This document shows positions 40,701 through 55,048 of a stretch of DNA of 64,000 bases, piece by piece. Numbering within the stretch: position 1 is the first letter of the stretch; each line of letters begins with the position of its first letter. Location: assembly GCF_006345805.1 (NCBI RefSeq), contig NC_042999.1:126418001-126482000 (forward strand), written 5' to 3'. The position numbers were made by a program, and so were the translations under genes. This DNA is from Octopus sinensis. Taxonomy: Eukaryota. The notes beneath the pieces are model-generated. The model saw only the letters and a program-made list of their open reading frames with translations, made no database searches and was not told the origin of the DNA.

Positions 40701-41081
40701 GAAGCCCTCATAATTAAGCTAACTGAAAATAAAAAAAAAAAAAGGCTAGGGAAAGTGTTTGTAAATTGGGAAGGAGTTGAAGGTTATATTAGGGTCGGAA
40801 CGATTTTTAAAAATTAGTGAATGGTGGCGAAGTGAGTATATAATAATAGGGTCGACTTGAAGTAGCACCTAACGATATTGCTGAACTACCGTCACGCCAT
40901 AGAAATTGTTAACAAAGCATGTATATATAGCCAATTAGGGGTTTATTATATAAACAACAAAACAATACAGAAAAGTAAAAATAAAAAAATAAAAACTCCT
41001 GGAAATGGGACCATGTACCAAAACTCGGTATTATTTTATTTCAATGCGTTCATCAGTCCCATTGTGTGTTTGTGTGCGTGC

Positions 41082-41137
<56 letters not shown>

Positions 41138-41301
41138 CAATTAACGCTTACAACCAAGCATACGCACATGTATTAGCGTAAAATAAAGTATTCGTTTCCT
41201 TTTTTGTGTTCTAATTCAATGTACACTGTGATAGAGTATCATAATTTATGAGCTGGTAAATTGATATGTACCGTGTGTTGGTAAATTGATTATTATCATC
41301 A

Positions 41302-41333
<32 letters not shown>

Positions 41334-41334
41334 G

Positions 41335-42013
<679 letters not shown>

Positions 42014-42144
42014 TATCATCATCATTATTATTAATTATTACTATTTATTTATTTATATATTTTTAGTCTGCATGTTTCTTATAATCACCTACCGAGACAC
42101 ACCCAGCGTCCTACGGCGAGTGAAATCATTATTATTATTATTAC

Positions 42145-42199
<55 letters not shown>

Positions 42200-42203
<4 letters not shown>

Positions 42204-42618
42204 AGAGAGCTTCGCATGCCATCAAAGTAACACTGGAGTACTAATATACGAAGCCCAGTATACCCATCATGACCACCCATTTGATAAGGGTACACCACGC
42301 ATATGTCTCACAACCATATGTGTGCAATCTGGTGATCTCATATGAAGATAAGCAGCGCATGACCTGCAGGTGGAGCCCTGTCAGAATTTTCTTCAGATCG
42401 AGTAGTCCACCCCACTCAAAAGGTCCCTGAATAAGAGTCGTTTAAAGATGTTGAAAATAACACCCATGTTTCTAAAAGTGAATTATTGAAGCCCCAAAGA
42501 ATACCTCTCAACACATAGCTATGATACACCCCCGCTACTTCTGCTCGTGGTCAGAGATACACGTATCAGCCACTAAGGGACATGCTCAATTGGTTATGGT
42601 CAAACAACTGACAAGCAT
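42200..42618 (-). mobile_element. non-coding retroelement end, copy 2
   Basis: Diverged direct copy of 41335-41752, between (TAG/ATT)n and (ATT)n arrays. Confidence 0.6.
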
Positions 42619-42620
42619 TA

Positions 42621-42663
<43 letters not shown>

Positions 42664-42710
42664 TATTATTATCATCATCATCATCATCATTATTATTGTT
42701 ATTATTATTA

Positions 42711-42789
<79 letters not shown>

Positions 42790-43875
42790 AGTACTTATAG
42801 CCCGTCTCTTCTATCTGCTTCATAACCTCCCCCGATGGTATCGTTAGCCCGTCCATACATTTGATTTTGCCCCTCTTCAAGACTAACACACCACACTTTC
42901 TCAGTCCGAACTCCATTCTGATATCATCACTGAAGGTATACACCGTATCAACGAGAGAAATGACTCGGGTTTCATCTTTACTATAAAGTTTGAGGTCATC
43001 CATGAATAACAAATGGTTGACTTTTGGTTGGCGGCTTTTGAATACATACCCAGCTTTTGCTTTCCTCAGAATCAGTGATAGCGGTATCAAGCACAGTACA
43101 AAGATCAGTGAGGACAGGCAGTCCCCTTGGAAGATGCCCCTCTTTTTTCTACTGTCCCTAAACTTCTTCCGTATGCTGTCAGGTCCATCCCCCAATTCAC
43201 CATACTTTTTCCAATCAATCACTCAACAGTCGATCCAATACCAAATAGGTTCATACATTCCATAATCCAAGAATGTGTGATCATATCGTACGCCTTACGA
43301 TAGTCGATCCATGCCATGGCTAAGTTACTTTTCCTCCTCTTACAGTCTCTAAGTATAGTTTTGTCTATCAGGAGTTGATCCTTGGTACCTCTGCACTTAC
43401 GCTTGCAACCCTTCTGCTCATGTGACAGAACTCCATTTTTCCCCAGATGTTCGTACATTGACTCTGCGAGTATTCCAGTCAATAACTTCCACATAAGTGG
43501 AAAACAGGATATCGGCCTGTAATTGTCTACCGTATTGCCTTTTTCGGTGTTTTTCAGGCACAGCACTGTCCTACCCAATGTCAACCACTCTGGTGTTACT
43601 TGGTCAGCATTTAACAAGGTGTTGAGTTGCGCAGCTATTCGTGCATGACATACACCAAATCTTTTGATCAAGTAGCCTTGAACTCCATCTGGTCCCGGGG
43701 CCTTCCAGTTGCTCATTTTTCTTTTTGTTGATTTCCTTCACTTCCCTATCTGAAATGACCAGTTCTGCCTGTTTTGGACAGACCACTGTTTGTTTCAGTT
43801 CTTGCAACCATTCAATATCCTTCTTGTGCGCCTTGTCTTTGCTCCAGATGTCACTCTAAAACCTTTGACTTTCAA
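42790..43875 (-). pseudogene. R4/Dong-like (restriction-like endonuclease group) LINE reverse transcriptase fragment
   Basis: [77 protein letters not shown] at 42995-43006, YKYL, then cut by (AAT)n. Confidence 0.8.
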
Positions 43876-44366
43876 TGTTATCTGGTATCAACATTTAATC
43901 TGTAAACTACCACTGCTCCTTTCCTGTGCTATGAGATTACTCTTATTAGTAAGAACTGTACTTTCATTGTTATCTCTGAACCCGGAACCATGTGGTTGAA
44001 AAACCAAGCTTCTTACCACACAGCCACGCCTAAATATAATTTGAAAATAATTTGTCAAAAAAGTAAATGGGGTAAGCATTGCTAATATTCCGTTTGCACA
44101 ATAAATATCTGACACGACAACTTTGTATCATTCAGTTCGTGTCTAATGGTTTTTATGACATATGATAGTTTTCAGGCATCAAAACTAAAGTTCCATCTCA
44201 ATAAAGGTTTCTATAGCTTGTTGATGACAGTAATCTTATGCTCAGTCATCAACATTTCCTAGAAGAATTCTTCTAGTTGTATAAAAGGTTAAATTAGAAG
44301 CAGCCAAACTTTGAATACAAAAGGAAGTTGTTTCCTTCTCTTCTTATTTCGTTGTTTCAATGTTTG

Positions 44367-44437
<71 letters not shown>

Positions 44438-44616
44438 CATTTGTTTCTTTCGTGCTTTTACTTTGCAAATGAGGCAAATCCATCTCAGTTTCATCATAAC
44501 ATTTAGTTGCTAGCAGTGACAACTTTATCAATTGAAAAGGAGCAATGTGGCCGATTTCATTTTTAAACCATGTGCGGCAGAGAGAGTAGAAGAGTTGTGT
44601 GTGTATCTGTCTGTTT

Positions 44617-44654
<38 letters not shown>

Positions 44655-44881
44655 ATTATATTGTGTCTGTGTATGTATAAGATTACAACGACTTAATCTT
44701 AGAAATGAGTGAAATTATAAAACTACTATTAGCGTATATACATGGTATCACTTTTTATCAAAATAACTTTATAACGAAAACGGATTTATCGAATGACTTA
44801 TTCTCGAACGATTTATATTACGAACTGGTTTGCTACAGAAACGATTTTCAATACAATATTTTTATAAATATATTTTATCAT

Positions 44882-45045
44882 AAACGAGCAGAGATACCCG
44901 GCGTTGCCCGGGAATGAAATTTTTCCTTAAATATTGGAGGGAAAATGCAAAATATGTCGTAAAGAGACTTGTTATTGTAAATTCATTTCCGTTGGGATAC
45001 AATTTATCCTTTAATTGGGAAATCAATTCTGAATTTATAATACAA

Positions 45046-45091
<46 letters not shown>

Positions 45092-45153
45092 TAATAATAA
45101 TAATAATAATAATAAACGAAAATATAAAATTTACCACTTTTATGAAAGGAGAT
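44882..45153 (+). mobile_element. Helitron/Helentron-like non-autonomous element
   Basis: 5' GCAGAGATACCCGGCGTTGCCCGGG hairpin, internal (AAT)n, 3' CTTTTATGAAAGGAGAT; resembles DINE-1/HINE-type termini. Confidence 0.45.
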
Positions 45154-45399
45154 AAATTCTACCACATATGTTGAAGGAAATTACGTAAGAGCTTCTCGGT
45201 AAACAAAATTCTTTCGTTTTTTGGTTTGGAGCATAGACAAATAAGTCTTGCAAATTACATGTGTGAATAAACAAACGTACGCACGCGTGCATGCGTACAT
45301 ACGCACATGCATACATACATACATACATACATACATACATACATACATACATACATGCATACATACATACATACATATACACACAGATGTGTGTGTGTA

Positions 45400-45444
<45 letters not shown>

Positions 45445-46040
45445 TTTAAAACAACAAGTATCGCCCTTTGCCCTCTCAGTTACCTCCGAAGTCATTCTTC
45501 GTTTAAACATATGCATAAACTATACAACTTGTAGATGTCTTCTTTTTTCAACCTACTTAACATCAAATCTTTCTGAGTCAAACATTTCATTTAATTAAAA
45601 TTAGTTGAGGTACAACATCGATTACCCGGAACGTTTTGTTCCAAGGCCTTCCTGGAATACTGATTTTCCGAACCAGGAAGCGGTCACCTTGAACAACAGA
45701 ATTTGAATTAAATATCAAATTTACTTGAATAATTAAATGAAATACAGGAACGTTAGTATAAATGATATAGGCTTATTAATTCTGCAATGTGCAAAGTACT
45801 AGTTTGTACCAGGTACCTGTAAACTTGTCTGCCACCTGGAACATTTTTCAGTTTCTGCTCGTATAGTAGTACGGATTATACGTAGTTCCGGATCATTAGT
45901 GTCCGGAAAGACAGTATTGTACCTCTACCACAAATACATTATAATCGAGTCAAAATTATCCTCGAGATACAATTGACATTCTATTTAGTTTAAATCATCA
46001 CTGCTCAAATTTGATTATCACTTAATACGATATAATGTTT

Positions 46041-46266
46041 GGCGAGCTGGCAGAATCGTTAGCACGCCGGGCGAAATGCGTAGCCGTATTTCGTCTGCCG
46101 TTACGTTCTGAGTTCAAATTCCGCCGAGGTCGACTTTGCCTTTCATCCTTTCGGGGTCGATAAATTAAGTACCAGTTACGCACTGGGGTCGATATAATCG
46201 ACTTAATCCATTTGTCTGTCCTTGTTTGTACTCTCTGTGTAGCCCCTTGTGGGTAATAAAGAAACA
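46041..46266 (+). mobile_element. SINE family A with 12-bp target-site duplication
   Basis: TSD GATATAATGTTT at 46029-46040 and 46267-46278. Confidence 0.92.
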
Positions 46267-47016
46267 GATATAATGTTTGCCGGACTATATACTGTCATCT
46301 GGTGAATGTTGTGGTGCTAAGATCTCAACGAGCTAAATCCTCCAATCTTTTTAAAGCAATTTTGATTTAATTATGTCACTAATGTACATTCGAGACGGTT
46401 GCATGATGGCGGGATTGATCTCAAGAGTTTAAATCTGCTGTCGATGTTTTACCGTGCTTTGAAGCAGGATACTTTATTTTGTATAACGCTTTTAGTCCAT
46501 CTATTTATCAAACTTTCTGGGGAAACCTGATATAAGCTGATCACCCATTTGTACATACCCATAGTCAAGTAAGAAGGCACAATTGTTTCTGCTTTTCACA
46601 CAAATGTATGAGTCAAATAATAATATGCATAAGAAAAGCATAAATGTCACAGGATTTAGTTTCCTTCTTCACTTGAATTTGTTGAATTTTTAGAGATTAA
46701 AATATCATACAGAAGTTCAGATTGAATGCCATTTCCGTATAACAAGTTGAGATTTTAACTGAAATAAGATACGAAAATAAAACTAAAATTTCTGTTATCA
46801 AGATGAGTGTATTAGAGTAACAAAAAAAGTAGATTCAACTGACCACAATGTCATTGAAAGAATTTAACTTCATTGGTAGGGAAAATACACTTCAACAACA
46901 ACAGATCGATACTACTTATTCCCTACGAATTAAGTAGAAAATACAGACTTGATGACTAGCTTATATATACATACATACAATACATACATACATACATACA
47001 TACATACATACATACA

Positions 47017-47047
<31 letters not shown>

Positions 47048-47691
47048 GGTTAACTGTATGCGTAATGTATATATATATATATATATATATATACTTTAAA
47101 ACAACAAGTATCGCCCTTTGCCCTCTCAGTTACCTCCGAAGTCATTCTTCGTTTAAACATATGCATAAACTATACAACTTGTAGATGTCTTCTTTTTTCA
47201 ACCTACTTAACATCAAATCTTTCTGAGTCAAACATTTCATTTAATTAAAATTAGTTGAGGTACAACATCGATTACCCGGAACGTTTTGTTCCAAGGCCTT
47301 CCTGGAATACTGATTTTCCGAACCAGGAAGCGGTCACCTTGAACAACAGAATTTGAATTAAATATCAAATTTACTTGAATAATTAAATGAAATACAGGAA
47401 CGTTAGTATAAATGATATAGGCTTATTAATTCTGCAATGTGCAAAGTACTAGTTTGTACCAGGTACCTGTAAACTTGTCTGCCACCTGGAACATTTTTCA
47501 GTTTCTGCTCGTATAGTAGTACGGATTATACGTAGTTCCGGATCATTAGTGTCCGGAAAGACAGTATTGTACCTCTACCACAAATACATTATAATCGAGT
47601 CAAAATTATCCTCGAGATACAATTGACATTCTATTTAGTTTAAATCATCACTGCTCAAATTTGATTATCAACTTAATACGATATAATGTTT

Positions 47692-47916
47692 GGCGAGCTG
47701 GCAGAATCGTTAGCACGCCGGGCGAAATGCGTAGCCGTATTTCGTCTGCCGTTACGTTCTGAGTTCAAATTCCGCCGAGGTCGACTTTGCCTTCATCCTT
47801 TCGGGGTCGATAAATTAAGTACCAGTTACGCACTGGGGTCGATATAATCGACTTAATCCATTTGTCTGTCCTTGTTTGTACTCTCTGTGTAGCCCCTTGT
47901 GGGTAATAAAGAAACA
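47692..47916 (+). mobile_element. SINE family A (duplicated copy, same TSD)
   Basis: Part of the second tandem unit. Confidence 0.92.
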
Positions 47917-48672
47917 GATATAATGTTTGCCGGACTATATACTGTCATCTGGTGAATGTTGTGGTGCTAAGATCTCAACGAGCTAAATCCTCCAATCTTT
48001 TTAAAGCAATTTTGATTTAATTATGTCACTAATGTACATTCGAGACGGTTGCATGATGGCGGGATTGATCTCAAGAGTTTAAATCTGCTGTCGATGTTTT
48101 ACCGTGCTTTGAAGCAGGATACTTTATTTTGTATAACGCTTTTAGTCCATCTATTTATCAAACTTTCTGGGGAAACCTGATATAAGCTGATCACCCATTT
48201 GTACATACCCATAGTCAAGTAAGAAGGCACAATTGTTTCTGCTTTTCACACAAATGTATGAGTCAAATAATAATATGCATAAGAAAAGCATAAATGTCAC
48301 AGGATTTAGTTTCCTTCTTCACTTGAATTTGTTGAATTTTTAGAGATTAAAATATCATACAGAAGTTCAGATTGAATGCCATTTCCGTATAACAAGTTGA
48401 GATTTTAACTGAAATAAGATACGAAAATAAAACTAAAATTCTGTTATCAAGATGAGTGTATTAGAGTAACAAAAAAAGTAGATTCAACTGACCACAATGT
48501 CATTGAAAGAATTTAACTTCATTGGTAGGGAAAATACACTTCAACAACAACAGATCGATACTACTTATTCCCTACGAATTAAGTAGAAAATACAGACTTG
48601 ATGACTAGCTTATATATACATACATACATACATACATACATACATACATACATACATACATACATACATACA

Positions 48673-48703
<31 letters not shown>

Positions 48704-49594
48704 GGTTAACTGTATGCGTAATGTATATATATATATATATATATATAATACTGGAAAAGTCATTTTAGTCACTAAAGAACATTAAAAAACTGTTATACTC
48801 ACTTTTTGTTTATTTCCTAATGGCACCGTTTATTATCTCAAAAAATTCCTAATAAAACGATTGGTCCCGGCTGTTTGGAAGCTAGCGATTTGGTACGGTT
48901 GACTGGACATTGAACTTGTTTTGGGCAAAGGTACAGTTTGGCATTGGAGACAAATACACACACACGCACACAGACGCTCGCGCGCGCACATACTCGTACA
49001 CGCAGAAATATGCATATATACATAGTGAAACGTGGGAGAGTGTGGTAGAGAGGGACGAAGAGAGAGAGAAAGAGGGGAGAGAGGGACTTCACAATTTACT
49101 GATTGAACACGATTGACATAAACTCTTTCCCTCTCCTCATACACATAAAGAGACATATTCTCACAAGTATAAACAAAGAATAGTGAAGGGAGCAGAAGAG
49201 AAACGGGAGAACAAGAGAAGCGTTAAAACGTCAAAAGTCAAATAAGCCAACATCGAATCAGCAACGTCAAATAGGTGGCGCCATAACAGCTCTGCCAAAA
49301 CGTTTCATACTCCGAAATGTTTCATCACACTTCTACAACTTAGCTGGTCACTGACACAACTCTACTGTATCTTGCGATATTTTGTAAGCCTCGAGGGATT
49401 TCTTTCTTTCAAATATCAAACGTTCAAACAACAACAATACAGTCGACCCACGGGTCCGAGAGAACAACTGTTAAGATGGTCAACATTAAGTTGAATATCT
49501 TTGCAGAAAAGTTAAACAGATTCTGTCAGTGGACCTAATACACATCTTTTTGATCTCTTGGGCTTATAATGTTTTAACTTTAAGATTACTCTTC

Positions 49595-49945
49595 AAGGCG
49601 GCGAGCTGGCAGAAACGTTAGCACCCCGGGCGAAATGCGTAGCCGTATTTCGTCTGCCGTTACGTTCTGAGTTCAAATTCCGCCGAGGTCGACTTTGCCT
49701 TTCATCCTTTCGGGGTCGATAAATTAAGTACCAGTTACGCACTGGTAATCGACTTAATCCGTTTGTCTGTCCTTGTCTGTCCTCTCTGTGTTTAGGTATT
49801 TCATCTGTCTTTACGTTCTGAGTTCAAATTCCTCCGAGGTCGACTTTGCCTTTCATCCTTTCGAAGTTGAGTACTGAAGTCGATGTAATCGACTTACGTC
49901 GTCCCCTGAAGTTGCTGGCCTCATGCCAAAATTTGAAACCAATAT
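49595..49945 (+). mobile_element. SINE family A followed by a second partial copy
   Basis: Full copy 49595-49793; second B-box/core at 49808-49945. Confidence 0.8.
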
Positions 49946-50313
49946 ACTTCACCTTTCTCGGCAACGCAGTATCGATATTCCTGAAATTTTGGATTTCTTT
50001 AAGTTCACTGCTGCTGAAAATGAATTGGTCACAGCTATAGGTTTCTTACATTTCTTGTGTAATAACTATTGATTTATTACATTATATGCAAAAAGAACAA
50101 AATAAACATTAATCACAGGAAGTGATTTGAACTTTATAAATAGCTATTGAAATTGTGACTAATTCAATGTGAACAGAGCCTTTTCATGATGAAGATATTT
50201 TTCAGCTTCTATTCTAGATCGTTTATAAAAAAATAAAAGCACTAATCTTAATCCTAATCTTAAACCTAATCTTCAGCTGTAACTTTAAGAGCTTATTATA
50301 CGTTCACAGTAGC

Positions 50314-50545
50314 AAGGTGGGGGAGCCAACAGAATCGTCAGCACGCCAGAGAAACTGCTTAGCGGCATTTCGTCCGTCTTTACGCTCTGAGTTCAAATTC
50401 TGCTGAGGTCGCCAAAGTCGACTATGCCTTTCATTCCTTTCGGGGCCGATAGAAGAAGTGACAGTTGAGCACTGCGGTCGATGTAATCGACTTACCCGCT
50501 CCCCACAAAAGTTCAGGCCTTGTGCTTATAGTAGAAAGGATTATA
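50314..50545 (+). mobile_element. SINE family A, diverged
   Basis: Head, GAGTTCAAATTC, GCCTTTCATTCCTTTCGGGG. Confidence 0.75.
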
Positions 50546-51284
50546 CGTTCTCGATCGTTTAAAGTGATATTGTCATTTACTTTGGATTCTAAAAATCACA
50601 AATTGTCTTCTATGCTTGACAGTTGCGAAAAACAAGTTTCGTTGCTTCATTGGCAAATAATTTATATACACGCGCGCACACTCACACACACACACAGACA
50701 TTCTTATATATTTGTGTGTGTGCGTGATCTGATGGCCAGCGAATCTCGTATATTTATGTATACTTATGTCTGTACTTGTGCGCACGTGCGTAAGCATGTG
50801 GCGTGGTGGTGGTGGTGGTGGTGGTGGTGGTGGTGGTGATGTCTGTGTGTGAGCGAGTTTGCTTGTGCATATAAATTAATGCCAAATGGAGCAATGAAAT
50901 GTATTTTTTCACTGGAATTCCAACCTACTTTGCTCAATTTCCTTTGTTGTTGTTGTTGATGTTCTTGTTGATGGTGGTGGTGGTGATGGTGGCGATAGTG
51001 ATGCGATAGTGTTGGTAAGCGTGAGTTAAAGTGATATTATTATTATTAGTGGTGTTCTGTAACATCTGCCAAATACTATGTCAAGGAACCAATCTATCAC
51101 CCGAAACTTTCGCCACACCCTTTAAAGAACTAGTTTCGGTCTTTTCATTAACTTTACAAATACCTCCTTTTCACACCTACCTACTCCTTCTCCCCACTCT
51201 CACACATCTTTGACCCCCCCCCCACTGAAATTATATACACGCACCTTTAAAATACTGATCTTCAAGAACCAAGAAATTCTTTCT

Positions 51285-51490
51285 AATTTTGGCATCAGGC
51301 CAACAATTTTAAGGGAGGGATTACTTGACTTCATTGACCCCAGGGCTCAACTGGTATTTATTTCATCGACCGCGAAAGGATGAAAGGCAAAATCGACCTC
51401 GGTGGAATTTGAGCCCAGTGCATAAAATTGGATGAAATGCCACCAGGCATTTTGTCCGGCATGCAAGCAATTCTCGCAGCTGTCCGCCTT
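51285..51490 (-). mobile_element. SINE family A, diverged
   Basis: Plus strand CGAAAGGATGAAAGGCAAAATCGACCTCGG is the reverse complement of the family core. Confidence 0.75.
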
Positions 51491-52707
51491 CACCAAATCA
51501 CAATAACTCCATATACATAAAACTACACAATTCTGTCTCTGTTAGTTTTACTCTTATTGGATTTCTTCATTCCCTTTCTTTTCTCTTTCTTTTTTTATCC
51601 CCTCGAAAAGAATCTATCTGGTCCTCTGGAATATGTAACGACGTTACCACACGGCTTTTCATAAGCTGGAGTATAGATATTTTATCCCACGTACAAATGC
51701 AAGAGAGTAAGTTACTTGGCCCTTTCTAATCAGATAAATCCATCAACACTTTTTAAAGTATTGGGAATTATGAGTAGTGATACATAATGTCCCATAAAAC
51801 TTCTAGTGTCATGAAGTAAAAGAAAAAGAAAGAAGAAAAGTGGGAGAGCGATTACCTTAATGTCTCTTCGAAAACGTAAACATGATTAGATCGCCATTTT
51901 AAGGAGGAAAAGTGAACAATTTGGTAGTTCGTTCAACTGATCAGTTAAGGTCTTATAAGATATCACAATTGACCTGAGGCTTAAACAACATCACGGGCTC
52001 CTCACATATTGTGTCTTTTCGTAATGTTTGAGGAGGAGGACTGGAAGATTTATATTCAGGTTGTTACTGAAATGAAAGTTTCAAGGACCTTATTTCAAGT
52101 TACTACCTGAAAGTCGAGTTAGTTTGCTTCAGGTCAGTCTTGAATAAGCAAACATATGATCAAAAGCCTTCCAGCCGAGACCACGCTATCTTGTTTACAA
52201 GTATAGTGTGTATAGAGCTATATCATCGACTGTCTTTTTTTCTTTTCTTGAGATGACAGGGGGTGATTCGTAGGTAGATTTGGCTACTATTTCCTACGGT
52301 ATGTGCGACCTTATATATGCTTCGTCGTTGGTTGGTTCGTGTTCTCGTTTGATAGCCAAGTGTTTCTCACTAAGACGGCATGAAGATAGAAAAAAGGTCA
52401 GACAAAATGGTTTTCCACTTTAACCTTGTCCATCACAATAGCGAAAAGAGAAGAATTATATGTATTATATGTGTGTCTTATCTTGGGCCATCACATCCAG
52501 TGTTCCCCTTTCTTTATTCAATACGGTAGTGTTAGGGAGATTTGGCTGCTATTTCATGCAGATCAAACCACATAAAGGTCACCTTTGTTGCTGTTGTTGG
52601 TTAACTTCAAGTCGGCCCTAAAGGAGGAGACATGTTCAAAGCCCACCCAGCTATAACTATTTCATTATATTTTACACACTCACACACACACACACAAACG
52701 CGTGTGC

Positions 52708-52740
<33 letters not shown>

Positions 52741-52771
52741 TATATATATACATATATATATACATATATAC

Positions 52772-52802
<31 letters not shown>

Positions 52803-52823
52803 CATATATATACATATATATAC

Positions 52824-52874
<51 letters not shown>

Positions 52875-52974
52875 TATATATATACATACATACATACATA
52901 CATACATACATACATACATACATACATACATACATACATACATACTACATACATACATACATATATACATACAT

Positions 52975-53012
52975 ACCGTCAGGATAATATATCACTTTAA
53001 ACTCATTTCCGA

Positions 53013-53072
<60 letters not shown>

Positions 53073-53107
53073 GAAATGGGTTTAAAGTGATTCATTATCC
53101 TGACGGT
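52975..53107. repeat. 38-bp inverted repeat around a (TA)n spacer
   Basis: 52975-53012 versus 53070-53107, 3 mismatches. Confidence 0.85.
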
Positions 53108-53120
53108 CACCGTTTTTCCG

Positions 53121-53243
53121 ATTAAGTCGGTTTCAGATACCAGCTAACCACAACAGTCCTTATGTGGTACCCGAGCTAACAATAAGTCGCTAGTCCCTGG
53201 TAACTTTTCTCGCCGGGTGAATCCGAGTGTCCTGTTCAGGACT
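53121..53243 (-). ncRNA. possible decayed hammerhead with long stem II loop
   Basis: Minus agtc-CTGAACA-ggacact...ggtatct-GAAA-CC-gact; stem I agtc/gact; stem III and the triplet appear deleted. Confidence 0.3.
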
Positions 53244-53291
53244 GCATATTTTCCGTAGTGTAAATAAATAATAGTATTAATAATAATGATG

Positions 53292-53398
53292 AGAACGGAG
53301 ATTTTTCACATCCATTAATCTATTTAACAGTTATTTGCAGCATCTTTAAATAAAATTATAAAATAAATAAAAGTATGGATGTGAAAAATCTCTGTTCT
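53292..53398. repeat. 24-bp inverted repeat with AT-rich spacer (mini-MITE-like)
   Basis: AGAACGGAGATTTTTCACATCCAT / ATGGATGTGAAAAATCTCTGTTCT, 1 mismatch. Confidence 0.8.
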
Positions 53399-53599
53399 AC
53401 TTATAATAATTAATACCCTTGTGGTCAATAAAAGAAATCATTATTAATACTATATATATAAAAACTACCTAGGACTATATTTTTCAATGACTCATTAAGA
53501 CTGTACGGTGACTGGAGAAGATTTGGCTACTATTTTTAGCTGGACGAATGGTTACGGAGTTCTCGCGTTTGGTTGTCTGCGCGCGGGAGTGTGTCGTTT

Positions 53600-54010
53600 T
53601 TGTTGTTGCTGTTGTTATTGCTTGGCCCCAAGACAACCCTGGTCGGACCAACTTATAATCCTTAGCAGTCCAGACATGACCATCCCGACTTTTCTCTTTA
53701 CACAGAAACCTCAGGATGACCACATTATCCAATGCGTTTTTTTTTCTTTCATTAATTTCAAGACACATCTCGCGGCTGCTCTGAGATGCATTATCAGAGA
53801 TGATTCTTGTGGGGTCTCCGAAGTGAGGTTCGAATCCTTCAAGATCAGAAACCCCTTCGCCAAGTTGACCCAACTGGGATTGATCTAGAACCCAGCTTGC
53901 ATCCCAGAAGCATCAAACCACTGGTCTATCCTCTTTTCCCAAAGTCACCCCATGGCCTTCTCTACAGCCTCGGTGATGGAATTCATGGCCCACCTGTTTC
54001 CTGCACAAAG
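53600..54010 (-). mobile_element. 3' end of a restriction-like-endonuclease LINE (HERO-like)
   Basis: Minus frame RWAMNSITEAVEKAMG*LWEKRIDQW resembles the EAAEKAS.WLW.KR C-terminus; followed by a 3'UTR-like segment. Confidence 0.55.
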
Positions 54011-54590
54011 TAATTCCAAAGTCTAATCAGAGCTTTGCAGAATGAACATGATACACTAGCTAAAGACGCGCTCGTCTAATTGTGATTAGATGAGATCGGA
54101 ACCCGTTACTTTAGACACTGCATAATACTAACCATGCACTCAGACGGTCCAACAAAAATAAAAGAAATTGCAACACCAAAGTGTATTTATATATGTAAAA
54201 TATGTATAACGATGAGGGATATTTGGCTGTAGTTTTTACCAGGTCCAGCGGCCAATCAGTGACTTCCCTATTGGCTCTTGGTTGACGCTGTTGCTATTGC
54301 TGTCGTAATCAGTGTTCTTTTTTTATATTTTTCTGTTTTTATTTTCTTGATGTTTTTCTTTTCCTCACCACCACCATCACCACTTCCCGCTTCTTTCTCT
54401 TCCTTCATCAGTTCACTCTCTCGTTCTCTTGTCTTTTTCTCACTCGTTCTTTTCCATCAATAGTTCATCCATCAGCTTTACAATCTCTACTGTTGATGTT
54501 TCAAATGAAACAAAGTTGACAGTTTTCCATTATCTCAATCTTGCTATTTCTCCACCTCCCTTTCTCTCTCCCTCTCATTCTTTCATTCAC

Positions 54591-54625
<35 letters not shown>

Positions 54626-54935
54626 TGTTCTTTCCCTTTTTCTAACATCCCTTCTCTTTCTCTCTTTTTCTCTCTCTTTCTCTCTCTCTCTCACGCACAC
54701 ACACATGATGTACACATACACACACACACAATATACCTACATATGCACACACACACACACACACACTAATGAGCATTAAAAAAAATTACAAGTGCAATCA
54801 TGTTCATACATACAAACACACGAACTCATTCAGACACAAACTATGCATACACTAAAACTAAAAACATGCATAAACAAACACACAGAAACACGAACACATA
54901 ATACACAACAAATACATACACAAACTAACAGAGAA

Positions 54936-55048
<113 letters not shown>

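Larger units (their letters stand above)
45444..48745. repeat. near-identical tandem duplication, unit ~1650 bp
   Basis: 45444-47093 versus 47094-~48745. The differences I found are three 1-bp indels and microsatellite length; boundaries lie in (TA)n tracts. Confidence 0.95.

Noticed and set aside
46480-46600. LINRWTK suggesting a MULE SWIM-domain tail
   Set aside because: No upstream CxC..CxH motif in frame.
49285-49330. Hammerhead-like GTGATGA...GAAACGTT on the minus strand
   Set aside because: No convincing stem I or stem II pairing.
54245-54280. Opposed CCAAT boxes as a host promoter
   Set aside because: They sit at the end of a degenerate repeat tail (GATTTGGCT(A/G)CTATTT family, also at ~52285, 52537 and 53518) with no downstream gene evidence.
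54385-54412. Minus-strand CTGATGA...GAAA
   Set aside because: Chance match in a pyrimidine-rich tract with no helices.
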